Positions 11,453 through 21,784 of a stretch of DNA of 64,000 nucleotides are shown here, piece by piece (within the stretch, counting starts at the first letter, position 1; every line of letters begins with the position of its first letter). This DNA comes from Mobula hypostoma (lineage: Eukaryota), in contig NC_086097.1 in assembly GCF_963921235.1 (NCBI RefSeq), positions 62,126,001 to 62,190,000 of the forward strand, in the 5' to 3' direction. The notes beneath the pieces were generated by a model that did no database searches, was not told the origin of the DNA, and saw nothing but the letters and a program-made list of their open reading frames with translations. The position numbers and the translations under genes were made by a program.

Positions 11453-14079
11453 GTACCTCTTCCTAGAGATGCTGCCTGGCCTGCTGCGTTCACCAGCAAC
11501 TTTGATGTGAGTTCTTGTCCTAATGTCACAATACCTGCTTCCTTATGATAAGGGTTCAAAAGTGCTTGTTAGACGGATGGGAGGGATCATTCACAAAGCT
11601 AAGAGTCCTGCATACACAGCACTCTGATAAATAACTCTGATGGGTGAAAGATGATAAACTCAGCAGTCCCCATAATCCTTTATAGGGACTTGCGGTCAAA
11701 TGACTTGCAAATTCCATACCAGGTGGTGATGCAACTGGTCAGAACATTCTTGATGGTGCTCCTCTGAAAATTAATTAAAATTGGGGGAGGGAGCCTCACT
11801 CATCTCAATCTCCTCAGGACGTGGAGCTGCTGCTGTGCTTTTTTGACCAACAAGGTGATGTTGAGGGACCAGGTCAGATCGTCTATTATGTGCACTCCCA
11901 AAAACGTGTCACTCCTAATTCTCTTCACAGAGCTGCCGTTAACGTGCAGTGAGGAGTGGTCAGTCTGCACCTTTCTAAAGTCCAGAATCATCTCTTTGGT
12001 CTTGTCCACACTGACACTGAAGTTGTTGGTGCTTACACCATTCTGCTGGCCACTCTATTTCCACACTGTATTTCGTATCACCGTCATTGCTGACGAGGCC
12101 TACCACTGTCCTGTCATCAGAAAACCTGATGATTCAGTTTGAAATGGATCTAGCAATGCAGTCATGCATTAGCAGCAGTGGGCAGCGTACAAAGCCCTGG
12201 GGGTGGGGTGGGGCACCGGTGTAAGGTGTGATGGAGCTAGAGATGTTTCTGCCAAGACAGACTGACTGTAGCCTCTCTGTCAGTAAGCCCTCAATAGACG
12301 ATATTATACGGTTGTATACCTAGTTGTTATTTCCACAACTACTCATATATATTCCTAGCAGTCTAGATGTATTCAGTGATAATTCTGACTTTAGTGCTGC
12401 ATCAGTGCTAATTGTACTTCATACCACACAAAAACGCCATTCTTATTCATCAGAACTTACAGAAAATTGGAAATCACCCTTGTTCTCAGAACCAGAAACA
12501 ACCTCACCATCTGATACTTGATCAGACTCTGTTAGTGAACATACTGATTGGATAGGCGTAGATAAGCCATGAGTTTCTTCCTATAGACGATCAGGGAAAT
12601 TTGATCTGGAAATCTTTTTACACCCTTACATATATTCCAAACTTCCAGCTTCATGATTGTGAACAATTCTGAAACCCATGTGGAGCTTTTCACATTCAGT
12701 AGCAAACCTGATAGCAGGCATTAATTGGCACCTGTATGCTCGTTGAGAATGTTTGCTAGCTTAGTAAGAAAACAAAGTTCTTTGCACCCTAATTGCCATT
12801 CAGTTCAACACCTTTGTTATTAACTTATTGACATAAAATCACACTTGAACTACATTACAAGGCTTCTTGGAACATGTTCACAATATTGGTCATTTTCGAT
12901 TTGGAAGAGGAATACCATGAAAGCAAGCCCAATAATTTGCACCCAGACCAAGATCTCCATGCATGATTTCAGAACAGGCATCTATATATGTTTGGATAAG
13001 GGTTTCTTCACCTTAGCTAACAAAACCATTGGGTGCCTCAGTAATGTGGTCCCAAATGCAGAGTCGCGTAATATCATCTACCTTCTTTCTTCGATCCAAA
13101 AGCAAAATACAGTAAATGTTGGAAAACTGAAGTAAAACTCTTGCTCTGAAATATCAGTTGGATTTCATCCTCAGATGCTGTCTGATCTGATGAACATTTC
13201 CAGCGTTTTCCATTTTTATATTAATCTTCTCCGTTCCGCACCAATCATGAAGGAACCATCTCATTGATTTCAATACCTAAATCTTAATCAGCATATTTTT
13301 TGCTTTCTTGGCCTCCTTTGTAAATGTTTATGTGTCTGCGATAACTGCAAAATTACTTGACTAGCATGTTTTCCTTGAGGACTCTTCAGCAATCATGTTT
13401 AGTCATAAGAAACGAACAATGCGCCTACACTTCTGTTACCTTGGGACTAGCAGAATAGCAAATTCAGCTTTTCCAGAAGACATTCTGTAATCGTAAAATA
13501 TAACAAATCTGAGAGAACTGGGCACATCTGTCTCCTGCTTGACATTACATAATCACCAGCTTTGCTTAACTTTAGAGATTTACAAGCAAATTGCAGACAT
13601 TTTTGAACTATATTTTATTATAGAAACTGACATGAATTTGATTGATGCTGACATTAATATGGAGCAAATCTTGTTTGCTGATATATTGCACAAAACCATG
13701 TGATAAGTTTACGAAATAAGAAAGAAAAGTATATCAAATTAATTTCAAGGTTATCTTCTCCAATAATTGTGATTGGCTTTTTGGTAAGTCTTAGGTTGGG
13801 TCAAACTTGTAGCTCCGTATTCCGTTATTTCATTCCTTGTGACCATATGATGCGGAATATGATGTTGTTCAACTTGCACACATCTCAATGCCTTCACCAT
13901 CTTGTCTTGGTGTTTTTTTATGATATTCTTACATTATGTTAGAGCTATTTTGTGACTGGTTTAGAAAAAGCAGGAAGAAAAATTTGTTCATGTTAGCAGA
14001 TGGATGGATCAGGAGCAACAGATTTAAAGATTTGATCAAAAAATGCAAGGAGATATTTATGAAAAAACTTTTTTATATG

Positions 14080-14910
14080 GCCCAATGTATCCATGTGAAT
14101 CAATGTGCTAATTCCATTTGCCTGCTTATCACCCATAATCCTTTAAACTTTTCCTATCCATGTACTTGTCCAAAGTCTTTTAAATAGTAACATTCAAACT
14201 TCTATCACCTCCTCCGGCAGCTTATTCCACATATCCACCAGCCTCTATGTGAAAAGCTTGCTGCTCAAATCCTCAGTAACTCTCTCCACTCTCATTATAA
14301 ACCCATGCCATCTAGTTTTAGAATTCCTACCTTAGAAAAAAGATTGTGACCATCACCTTATCTATCCTCCTAGAGATTTTATAAACCTCAGTCCGATCAC
14401 TACTCAACCTCCTTTGAGCCAGGGAAAACAGTCGGAACCTATCGAATCTCTACTTGCATCTCAAGCCTTTCAATCCAAGTAACAGTCCCATGAATCTCTT
14501 TTACATCCTCTCTAGTTTATTCATATACTTCTTTTATAGAAAGGTAATCGGAACTGCATACGTCTAGCCTAACCAATGGCATCTCAACTCCTATAATTAG
14601 TGCCTCCACCAATGAAGGCAATCATATCATTCACCTCCTTTGCCACTCAGTCTACCTTTGTTTGCAATTTTAAGGAACTACATACTTGTACCCCTATGTC
14701 TTTCTGTACAACACTCCCCATTTCTCTGGATTCAATGCATACTGTATGTTCTGCAATGATTTAACTCCCCAAAGTGCATTTGCTGTGCTGTGGCCATTCC
14801 TTGTCTACTTTCTCAGTTAATCTCAATCCTGTTGTAAATTTAGACAATCTTCTTTACTGTCCATCCTACTCCGGATTTTTTTTTTCATCTGCAAATTACT
14901 CAATTTCCTC
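14080..14910 (-). mobile_element. Decayed CR1 LINE 3' fragment
   Basis: Antisense CR1 ORF2 C-terminal sequence, similar to 6330-7120 but with many more lesions. Confidence 0.7.
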
Positions 14911-15254
14911 ATTACCTATTTACTTAGTACTTATGATCTCTGAAGGTTAATCAATTGCTGATGGTTCAATTGGGATATTTGATGTTTTGGAATCTTTATC
15001 GAGAACTGATACCTTCTCCCGGTCACGTATAGACTCACTGGTACCTTTCCTAATCTCCTACATCCTCCTCTATACCAGATAAGTCAGCAGAGTTGTGCTA
15101 CGCCCTCTTGAATCGCCAGCATTTGCAGAATTTTGGTAAAGATTGTGCTGCACTGATCAGTAAACACTGCAGATGGGAAGTTCAGCTGAATTAGAGACAC
15201 CTTTGATTGGTCAATGAGAATTGAGTCCATTATCAGCTCCCTATTTGACAGGGC

Positions 15255-15882
15255 CATTGCCATATCAACCTTGAGAGACATGGTGCCTATATCAGAGATG
15301 CTTATGCCAGCTTGACCAACTGCAGCAGCATCACCTATGTTCTCTGATGAAAATCGCCTGGCGAGACAAGGTCTCCAATACCGAGGTCCTCTCTCGAGCC
15401 GGAACGTCAGCAGTTTCAACCTTGGTGATGTCAGCTAACTGCGCTGGCTGGACATGTTGTCAGAATGCCTGACGGAAGACTGCCCAAGGACATCTTGTAC
15501 GGCCAACTGTCTAGTGGTACTCGAAAATGAGGAGGCCAGCTCCATGGTAAAAGGATGTTCTGCACAGGAACCTCAAGAAAGCTGACATTGCCCCAACAAC
15601 ATGGAAGGACCTGGCTCAAGTTCGCTCACAGTGGAGGGACGCCATCAGAAAAGGTGTGGACGCTGCTGGGAACGAGCTCAACGAGGCAACAGAGGAAAGG
15701 CACAGGAAACGCCACAACAGAGCTTCTGCCCTGCTGCCCCTCCAGGCCTCACCTGCCAAGCATGTGGCAAGCAGTGTCTGTCAAGGATCGGCCTGCACAG
15801 CCACTCCAGAACGCACATATCAAACCCCACTAAGTGACTGGAAGGAACCATCATCATCCTATGGGATGGATAGCCAGAGAAG
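15255..15882 (+). mobile_element. RTE-clade LINE 3' fragment
   Basis: MKIAWRDKVSNTEVLSRA, then (frameshifted) GHVVRMPDGRLPKDILYGQL and the terminal C2H2 finger CQACGKQCLSRIGLHSHSRTH. Confidence 0.9.
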
Positions 15883-16169
15883 ATTTATAGGACATAGGAT
15901 GGAGAGAGAGAAAGAGAAAGAGATGGAAGGGGAATGAAAGAGAGAGAGAGAGAGAGTGGTGCTGAAAAGTTCCAAGTTCTCCTCTGCGTGTCTCCTTTAA
16001 TTTAAAGATATAGTTCTCTACCCATTCTCCATCCAAGGGTGTGGGTCAGACCCCTGGCCTTCACATCAGCTCTTCTTAGCTTTCTATTCCTCACCTATTC
16101 TTTTTTCCCTCTTCTCTTTCATTTCCGGTCTCCTCTTTCTCTCAACCTTTCACCTCTTCCTCTCGTGAA

Positions 16170-16445
16170 ACAGTAGCATTGTGGTTAGCACAGCGCTTTA
16201 CAGCACCAGCACCCAGGTTCAATTCCTGCCACTGCCTTTAGGGAGTTTGTATGTTCTCCATGTGACCGCGTGGGCTTCCTCCCAGTGCTCTGGTTTCCTC
16301 GCATGGTTCATAGACACACTGGGTGGGAGCTTAACAGGGCATTGTAAGTTGTCCTGTGATTAGGCTCGGTTAATTAGAGGTTGCCGGGCAGTGTGGCTCA
16401 AAGGGCCAGAAGGCTTACTCTGGGCTCTACCTCAATAAATAAATT
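16170..16445 (+). mobile_element. tRNA-derived V-SINE (HE1-like)
   Basis: A box gtagcattgtggtta, B box ggttcaattcc, V-domain gcgtgggcttcctcccagtgctctggtttcctc, tail aataaataaa. Confidence 0.85.
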
Positions 16446-16970
16446 CTGTTACCTCTTTTTACTCCTTTCTCTCCGCCCCACACTCTCTCTCTCTCCCACT
16501 TCCCTCTTCCTTTCTCACATTCCCCATCCCTCCAATTCTTGCTCCCCAACACCATTCTTTATCTCCCTATTCAACCTTTCACTGGTTTCTTTACCCCCCC
16601 AATATCTCATTCCCCTCTCCACTTCTCCCCCACTTTCTCATTTCTTTACATTCAATGCAAAATATTTTTTCTTGTGTAGTGTTTACAATTATGAGCATTC
16701 TATTATTACTGAGCATTGTGATCAAAATAACAATTAAGTTGAGATTAATTACAATCAGTTTTAATCACTTGACAGCTTTAATTACAATGTTATAATTTAA
16801 TAGCATTGATAATATCATGCTAATTCATGTTGTATTGTTATTCTACTAATAAACATAGTAAATAAACTTTTTTTCAAGAATTCAGTATTTCATTTTTTTT
16901 ATTCAGAGTATATTACTGTTATATTTTAATTTTTTTTGAGTCACTTGTAGGTTCACGTATTTGAAGCGTT

Positions 16971-17225
16971 TGTGGCAGCTCGCCCACGCAGCAAGCGAAC
17001 CGGCTCCAGCAGTCGCGGGCGAGTCTGCAGCCAACGGCAACCGAGAGGGCTCTGAGTGCGGGGCAGACCTCAGCCTGGAAGCCAACACCACTTCCGCCCT
17101 GCAAAGAGCAGGGAATGCTGGGAGCGGGCACTTAAGCGCATGTGGATTGAAACAGCAAACAGTTTAACCAGACCCTGCTCGACTCAGTGTGTTGCTTTCA
17201 CTTGTTGCGTATCAGCGCGACCACA
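16971..17225 (+). repeat. 5' LTR of the CsRN1-like element
   Basis: TG...CA; direct repeat of 20669-20923. Confidence 0.95.
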
Positions 17226-17226
17226 T

Positions 17227-17240
17227 TGGTGACCCCGATG
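17227..17240 (+). promoter_or_regulatory. Primer-binding site for tRNA-Trp
   Basis: TGGTGACCCCGATG is complementary to the vertebrate tRNA-Trp 3' end (TGGTGACCCCGACG) with one CpG-type change. Confidence 0.85.
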
Positions 17241-17263
17241 GTCCAACGGCATTTGGACCCAGC

Positions 17264-17968
17264 ATGAACGACTCGGCTCTGCAGAATGCAGTTTCCCTTA
17301 AACTGTCAACCTTTTGGACCACTCAACCCCTGGTCTGGTTCGAGCAAGCAGAGGCCCAGCTCCAAGTCAGGCAAATTGTCTCAGACGCCACCAGGTATTA
17401 CTACGTGGTGGGCACCCTCGACCAGGAGACAGCGGGCCGTGTTATTGACTTTCTGCATCAGCCCCCGGCAACAGACAGGTACAAGGCACTCAAGGCCTTG
17501 TTAATCTGCATATTTGGCCTCTCCGGCTGTGAACGGGCCACGCGGTTACTGCATATGGATGGCATGGGCGACCGCGCGCCATCAGCCCTGATGAGCGACA
17601 TGCTAGCACTGGCAGACTGCCATAAGTCTTGCCTGCTTTTTGAACAGATCTTCTTGGAGCAAATGCCAGAACTCATCCACCTCCTGCTAGCAGATGAAGA
17701 CTTCAGAGACCCGTGCAGGGTGGCTGCCCGCGCGGATGTGCTTTGGCGTGCCAAACAAAATGGCGGAACCACCATCAAAATTAGTGCTGCGGCACGGCCG
17801 AAAGTCCAGCCCTCCCACACCTCAGCAGCGAAGCACGTAACACTCACACCAAGGGACAGCACCACTTCTGAGTCTGGGTGTTTTTATCATCAAAGGTGGG
17901 GTTCCGGGGCCCGCCGGTGCCGACTGCCATGCTCGTTCCAGGGAAACGCCAGGGCCAGCTGTCACTGA
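17264..17968 (+). CDS. gag: Gag of the CsRN1-like element (open frame)
   Basis: NAVSLKLSTFWTTQPLVWFEQAEAQ and a CHCC-type knuckle CFYHQRWGSGARRCRLPC. Confidence 0.85.
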   Translation: MNDSALQNAVSLKLSTFWTTQPLVWFEQAEAQLQVRQIVSDATRYYYVVGTLDQETAGRVIDFLHQPPATDRYKALKALLICIFGLSGCERATRLLHMDGMGDRAPSALMSDMLALADCHKSCLLFEQIFLEQMPELIHLLLADEDFRDPCRVAARADVLWRAKQNGGTTIKISAAARPKVQPSHTSAAKHVTLTPRDSTTSESGCFYHQRWGSGARRCRLPCSFQGNARASCH

Positions 17969-20600
17969 TGGCTACGGCGGCTGGTCACCGTGATAGCCTC
18001 TTCTACGTTTGGGACAAGCACTCCGGGCGTAGATTCCTGGTGGACACAGGGGCGGAAATCAGTGTCCTACCCCCCTCGAACCATGATACCCGAACTACAA
18101 GAACAGGACCGGAACTTATGGCAGCCAACAGCAGCACCATCTGCACCTATGGCACAAGAACCATCCCCTTGCAGTTCTGTTCCAGCCGCTTTACATGGAC
18201 ATTTACGCTGGCCGCAGTATCACAGCCACTGCTGGGTGCGGACTTCCTCCGCGCACACTGCCTGCTCGTGGATTTGAAGGAACGACGATTGGTCGATGCA
18301 AAGAAGTTCCAGACTTTCTCCCTCGGTGAGGCCAAGTTACTGGCCCTGCACCTGAACTCCGTCACTTATTCAGACAATGAGTTCGCCAGAGTGTTATTGG
18401 AGTTCCCATCTATCATCACGCCGCAGTTTTCCTCAACAGACCCCAAGCATGGCGTGAGGCACTACATCCCCACACAGGGACTTCCCCTTCATGCCCAGGC
18501 CCACAGGCTACCGCCCGACAGGCTCCGCCTCACGAAAGTGGAATTTAAGAAGATGGAGGACATGGGGATTGTGCGGCATTCTGACAGCCCGTGGGCCTCC
18601 CCACTCCATATGGTGCCCAAGTCTGCGGGAGGTTGGAGACCGTGCGGCGACTATAGGAGGCTGAACAATGCCACCACATCCGATCGCTATCCGCTACTAC
18701 ATATCCAGGACTTGACGGCCAACCTGCACGGGGCGCGCATCTTTTCGAAGATTGACCTAGTCCGAGGGTATAATCAGATCCCAGTCCACCCGGACGATGT
18801 ACCCAAGACAGCCCTCATTACCCCACTTCGGCCTGTTCGAGATCCTCAAGATGCTGTTTGGGCTAAAAAACGTGGCACAGCCGTTCCAGCACCTGATGGA
18901 CGCAGTGGGGCGAGATCTGGACTTTCTGTTCATCTACCTGAATGACATACTTATCGCCAGCCGCTCCCGCCAGGAATATCTTGCACATTTATGCCTTCTC
19001 TGCCATCGCCGGGTCGACCTCCCTACTGCCCTCACTGTGGATGCGGCAGTTGGCGACATGCTCGAGCAGCTCATCGAAGGCCAGTGGAAGCCGTTCGCTT
19101 TTGTCAGCCGGCATCTACGACCCCTGGAACTTAAGTACAGCGCTTTCGACAGGGAGCTGCTGGCCCTGTACCTTGCCATCCGGCACTTCAGGTATTTCCT
19201 GGAAGGGAGGGAGTTCACGGCCTTCACAGACAATAAGCCCCTCACTTTCGCGTTTGCCAAAGTGTCGGACCTGTGGTTGGGCCACCAGCAACACCACCTG
19301 TCGTACATCTCGGAGTTTACCACCACGATCAAGCAAATCTCCGGGAAGAACAACATGGTAGCTGATGTGCTGTCACGCACCTCCATCCAATCAGAGCACT
19401 CTCTGTCTCTGGGGGTGGATTATGCGGCATTAGCTAAGGCGCAACGACTGGACTGCGAGATGCCGGCATACCGAACTGCAGTCTCAGGACTCCGCCTCAA
19501 AGACATACCCATTGGGCTCCGAAGGTAATGAGCTGCTTTGCGATGTGTCCACTGGGCAACCTCGACCCATTGTTCCGACCGCTTGGAGGCTCTGCGTTTT
19601 CGACGCCTGGCACGGTTTAGCCCACCCCTCCATCCGGGCGACCATCCGGCTGATCGCAGACAGGTTTGTGTGGCATGGCCTACGCAAGCAGGTTGAGCAC
19701 TGGGCCAGGACATGCACGCACTGTCAAACCTCCAAAATCCAGAGGCACGTGAGGGCCCCACTGCATCCCTTCCAGGTGACACATAGGAGGTTTGAACATG
19801 TCCACGTGGACATCGTTGGCCCACTGCTGGTTTCGAGAGGAGCGAGGTACTTGTTCACCATGGTGGACAGGTTCACGAGCTGGCTGGAAGCTATCCCACT
19901 TGCTGACACGGCCACGGAGACATGCGCCAGAGCTCTGATTACCACCTGGGTGGCACGGTTCGGACTCCCTGCCCATGTCACTTCAGACAGGAGTGCGCAG
20001 TTCACATCGGCTTTGTGGTCTGCACTGGCATAACTCCTCGGAACCCAGCTCCACCGAACGACTGCTTACCACTCGCAGTCCAACGGCCTGGTGGGACGCT
20101 TCCACAGGCACTAGGTCAGCCCTGATGGCACGCATCCGAGGGCCAGACTGGGTTGACGAACTCCCCTGGGTGCTGCTTGGCATCCGCACGACACCCAAGG
20201 AGGACCTAGCCACATCATCGGCCAAACTTGTTTACAGTGCCCCGCTCACAGTTCCTGGTGTGTGCCAGCACCCCGTGGCCAGGAGGACACACCTACAGCG
20301 GTCCTAACTAAACTCTGGGAGCAGCTTGGAACACTTGCCCCAGTCCCGACATGGAACAACACCATCTTTCGTACCCAAGAACCTACAAACAGAGCAAGTA
20401 TGTTTTTGTTTGCCAAGGCGCGCAAAGACCACCCCTGCAGCGACCATACGAAGGACCCTGCAAGGTGGTGCGCCATAACGGGACGACCTGCGTTCTCGAC
20501 ATCGGCGGTCGTGAAGAGACTTTTACCATTGACTGTCTCAAACTGGCGCATCTAGACCTTGAACGCCTGGTTGCGGTGCCACGACGAGGCCAGTCACCTA
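17941..20600 (+). pseudogene. pol: pol (PR-RT-RNaseH-IN) of the CsRN1-like element, frameshifted and internally deleted
   Basis: FLVDTGAEIS, SPWASPLHMV, CGDYRRLN, FIYLNDILI, YSAFDRELLA, HGLAHP...CTHCQ, HVDIVGPL, TSDRSAQFTS, RPYEGP. Confidence 0.92.
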
Positions 20601-20668
20601 AAAGAACTGACAGTGTGCAGGCTGTGGACTCTGTACCTCCTAGCGCCTGTTCAGGGGTGGGGAGGTCA

Positions 20669-20923
20669 CGTCACGGCTTGCCCAGGCGGCAAGCGAACCG
20701 GCTCCAGCAGTCGTGGGCAAGTCCGCAGCCAACGGCAACTGAGAGGGCTGTGAGTGCGGGGCAGACCTCGGCCCAGAAGTCGATGTCACTTCTGCCCCGC
20801 AAAGAGTGGGGGATGCTGGGAGTGGGCAATTAAGGGCATGCAGATTTAAACAGTAAACAGTTCAACCAGACCCTGCTCAACTCAGTGTGTTGCTTTCACT
20901 CGTACCGTATCAGCGTGACTACA
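20669..20923 (+). repeat. 3' LTR of the CsRN1-like element
   Basis: Direct repeat of 16971-17225, preceded by a PPT and followed by the TSD CGTT. Confidence 0.95.
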
Positions 20924-20981
20924 CGTTCCTTATTCTGAAACTCCTTGTACACAACTTGATTTCAATATGCAATGACAGATA

Positions 20982-21433
20982 CACTCAATGTATCTGTTTA
21001 AGCCCCTCCTGTACCTCCTGAAGTGGCCACTGAGTATACGTTCATGGCCTTTGGCTGCCGTAGCCCATCCTCTTCAAGCTTCAACATGTTGTGGGTTGTG
21101 AGACACTCTTCTGCACACCACTGTTGTAACATGTGGTTATTTGAATTCTGTGCCTTCCTGTCAGCTCAAATCAGTCTAGCCATTCTCCTCTGACCTTTTT
21201 CATTAACGAGGTGTTTTCACCCCCAGAACTAGCACTCACTGGATGTTATCTTGTTTTTCACACCATCAAACTCTACAGAATGTAGTGCATGAAAACGCCA
21301 AGAGAAGAGCAGATTCCGAGATACTCAAGCCACCCTGTCTGGTATCATCAATCGGTCAAAGTCACTGAGATCACATTTCTTCTTCATTCTGATGTATGGT
21401 CTGAACAAAAACTGAAACCTTTAATGATGTCTG
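20982..21433. mobile_element. Tc1-like non-autonomous element, left part (continues 31703-31805)
   Basis: TA-cactcaatg start and internal aagtggccactgagt TIR-like motif; the right end tacctagtaaagtggacattaagtg-TA lies at 31781-31807; split at ctg by the Gypsy insertion. Confidence 0.7.
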
Positions 21434-21784
21434 TGTAACGTTCCGTTATATTGGCTCGTGTATGTCTAAGGAAAATCCCACCCAGCACCTGCCTCAACAC
21501 TCCCCACAGGGTCGGTTGCCCCCCGAATCAATCCCAAACATCAATCATCAGCCAGTGCACTCAGTAAATTTTAACAAGAACACTTTATAGATATTACTAA
21601 TTCTATGACATTAATATAAATTTGTTACAGAGAGGAAAGTAATGAAAAAAAAAGGCGCCAACACTTATCAAAGTCCAAGTTCTTCGTGCGCTGCCGTTGG
21701 AGCTCAATCGAATCTGGACGACCACCCGAATCCTGTCGACTCACGGCTCGGGACCACCCGGAGTGATCGACCAGAGCCTGTCCG

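Larger units (their letters stand above)
11232..11509. mobile_element. Penelope-derived palindromic insertion (two inverted 3' tails, each with a hammerhead motif), 16-bp TSD
   Basis: Arms 11274-11381 and 11402-11509 are inverted copies around a ~20-nt spacer; TSD agttcttgtccta(g/a)tg at 11216-11231 and 11510-11525; the arms match the tail of the Penelope element at 42360-42472. Confidence 0.9.
10940..12290 (-). mobile_element. Rex1/Babar-type LINE fragment, interrupted at 11232-11509
   Basis: Minus ORF 11800-12009 KTKEMILDFRK...FLGVHIIDDLTWS...KKAQQQLHVLRRLR; AATAAA-bearing 3' end near 10950. Confidence 0.8.
16971..20923 (+). mobile_element. Ty3/Gypsy LTR retrotransposon, CsRN1-like clade, defective
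   Basis: 255-bp LTRs 16971-17225 and 20669-20923 (~39 differences counted by eye); 4-bp TSD CGTT; tRNA-Trp PBS; PPT aggggtggggagg; order gag-PR-RT-RH-IN. Confidence 0.97.

Noticed and set aside
15084..15419. Minus-strand 111-aa ORF
   Set aside because: Largely the antisense shadow of the + strand RTE fragment.
16170..16240. tRNA gene
   Set aside because: A and B boxes are present but there is no complete cloverleaf; it continues into a SINE body and tail.
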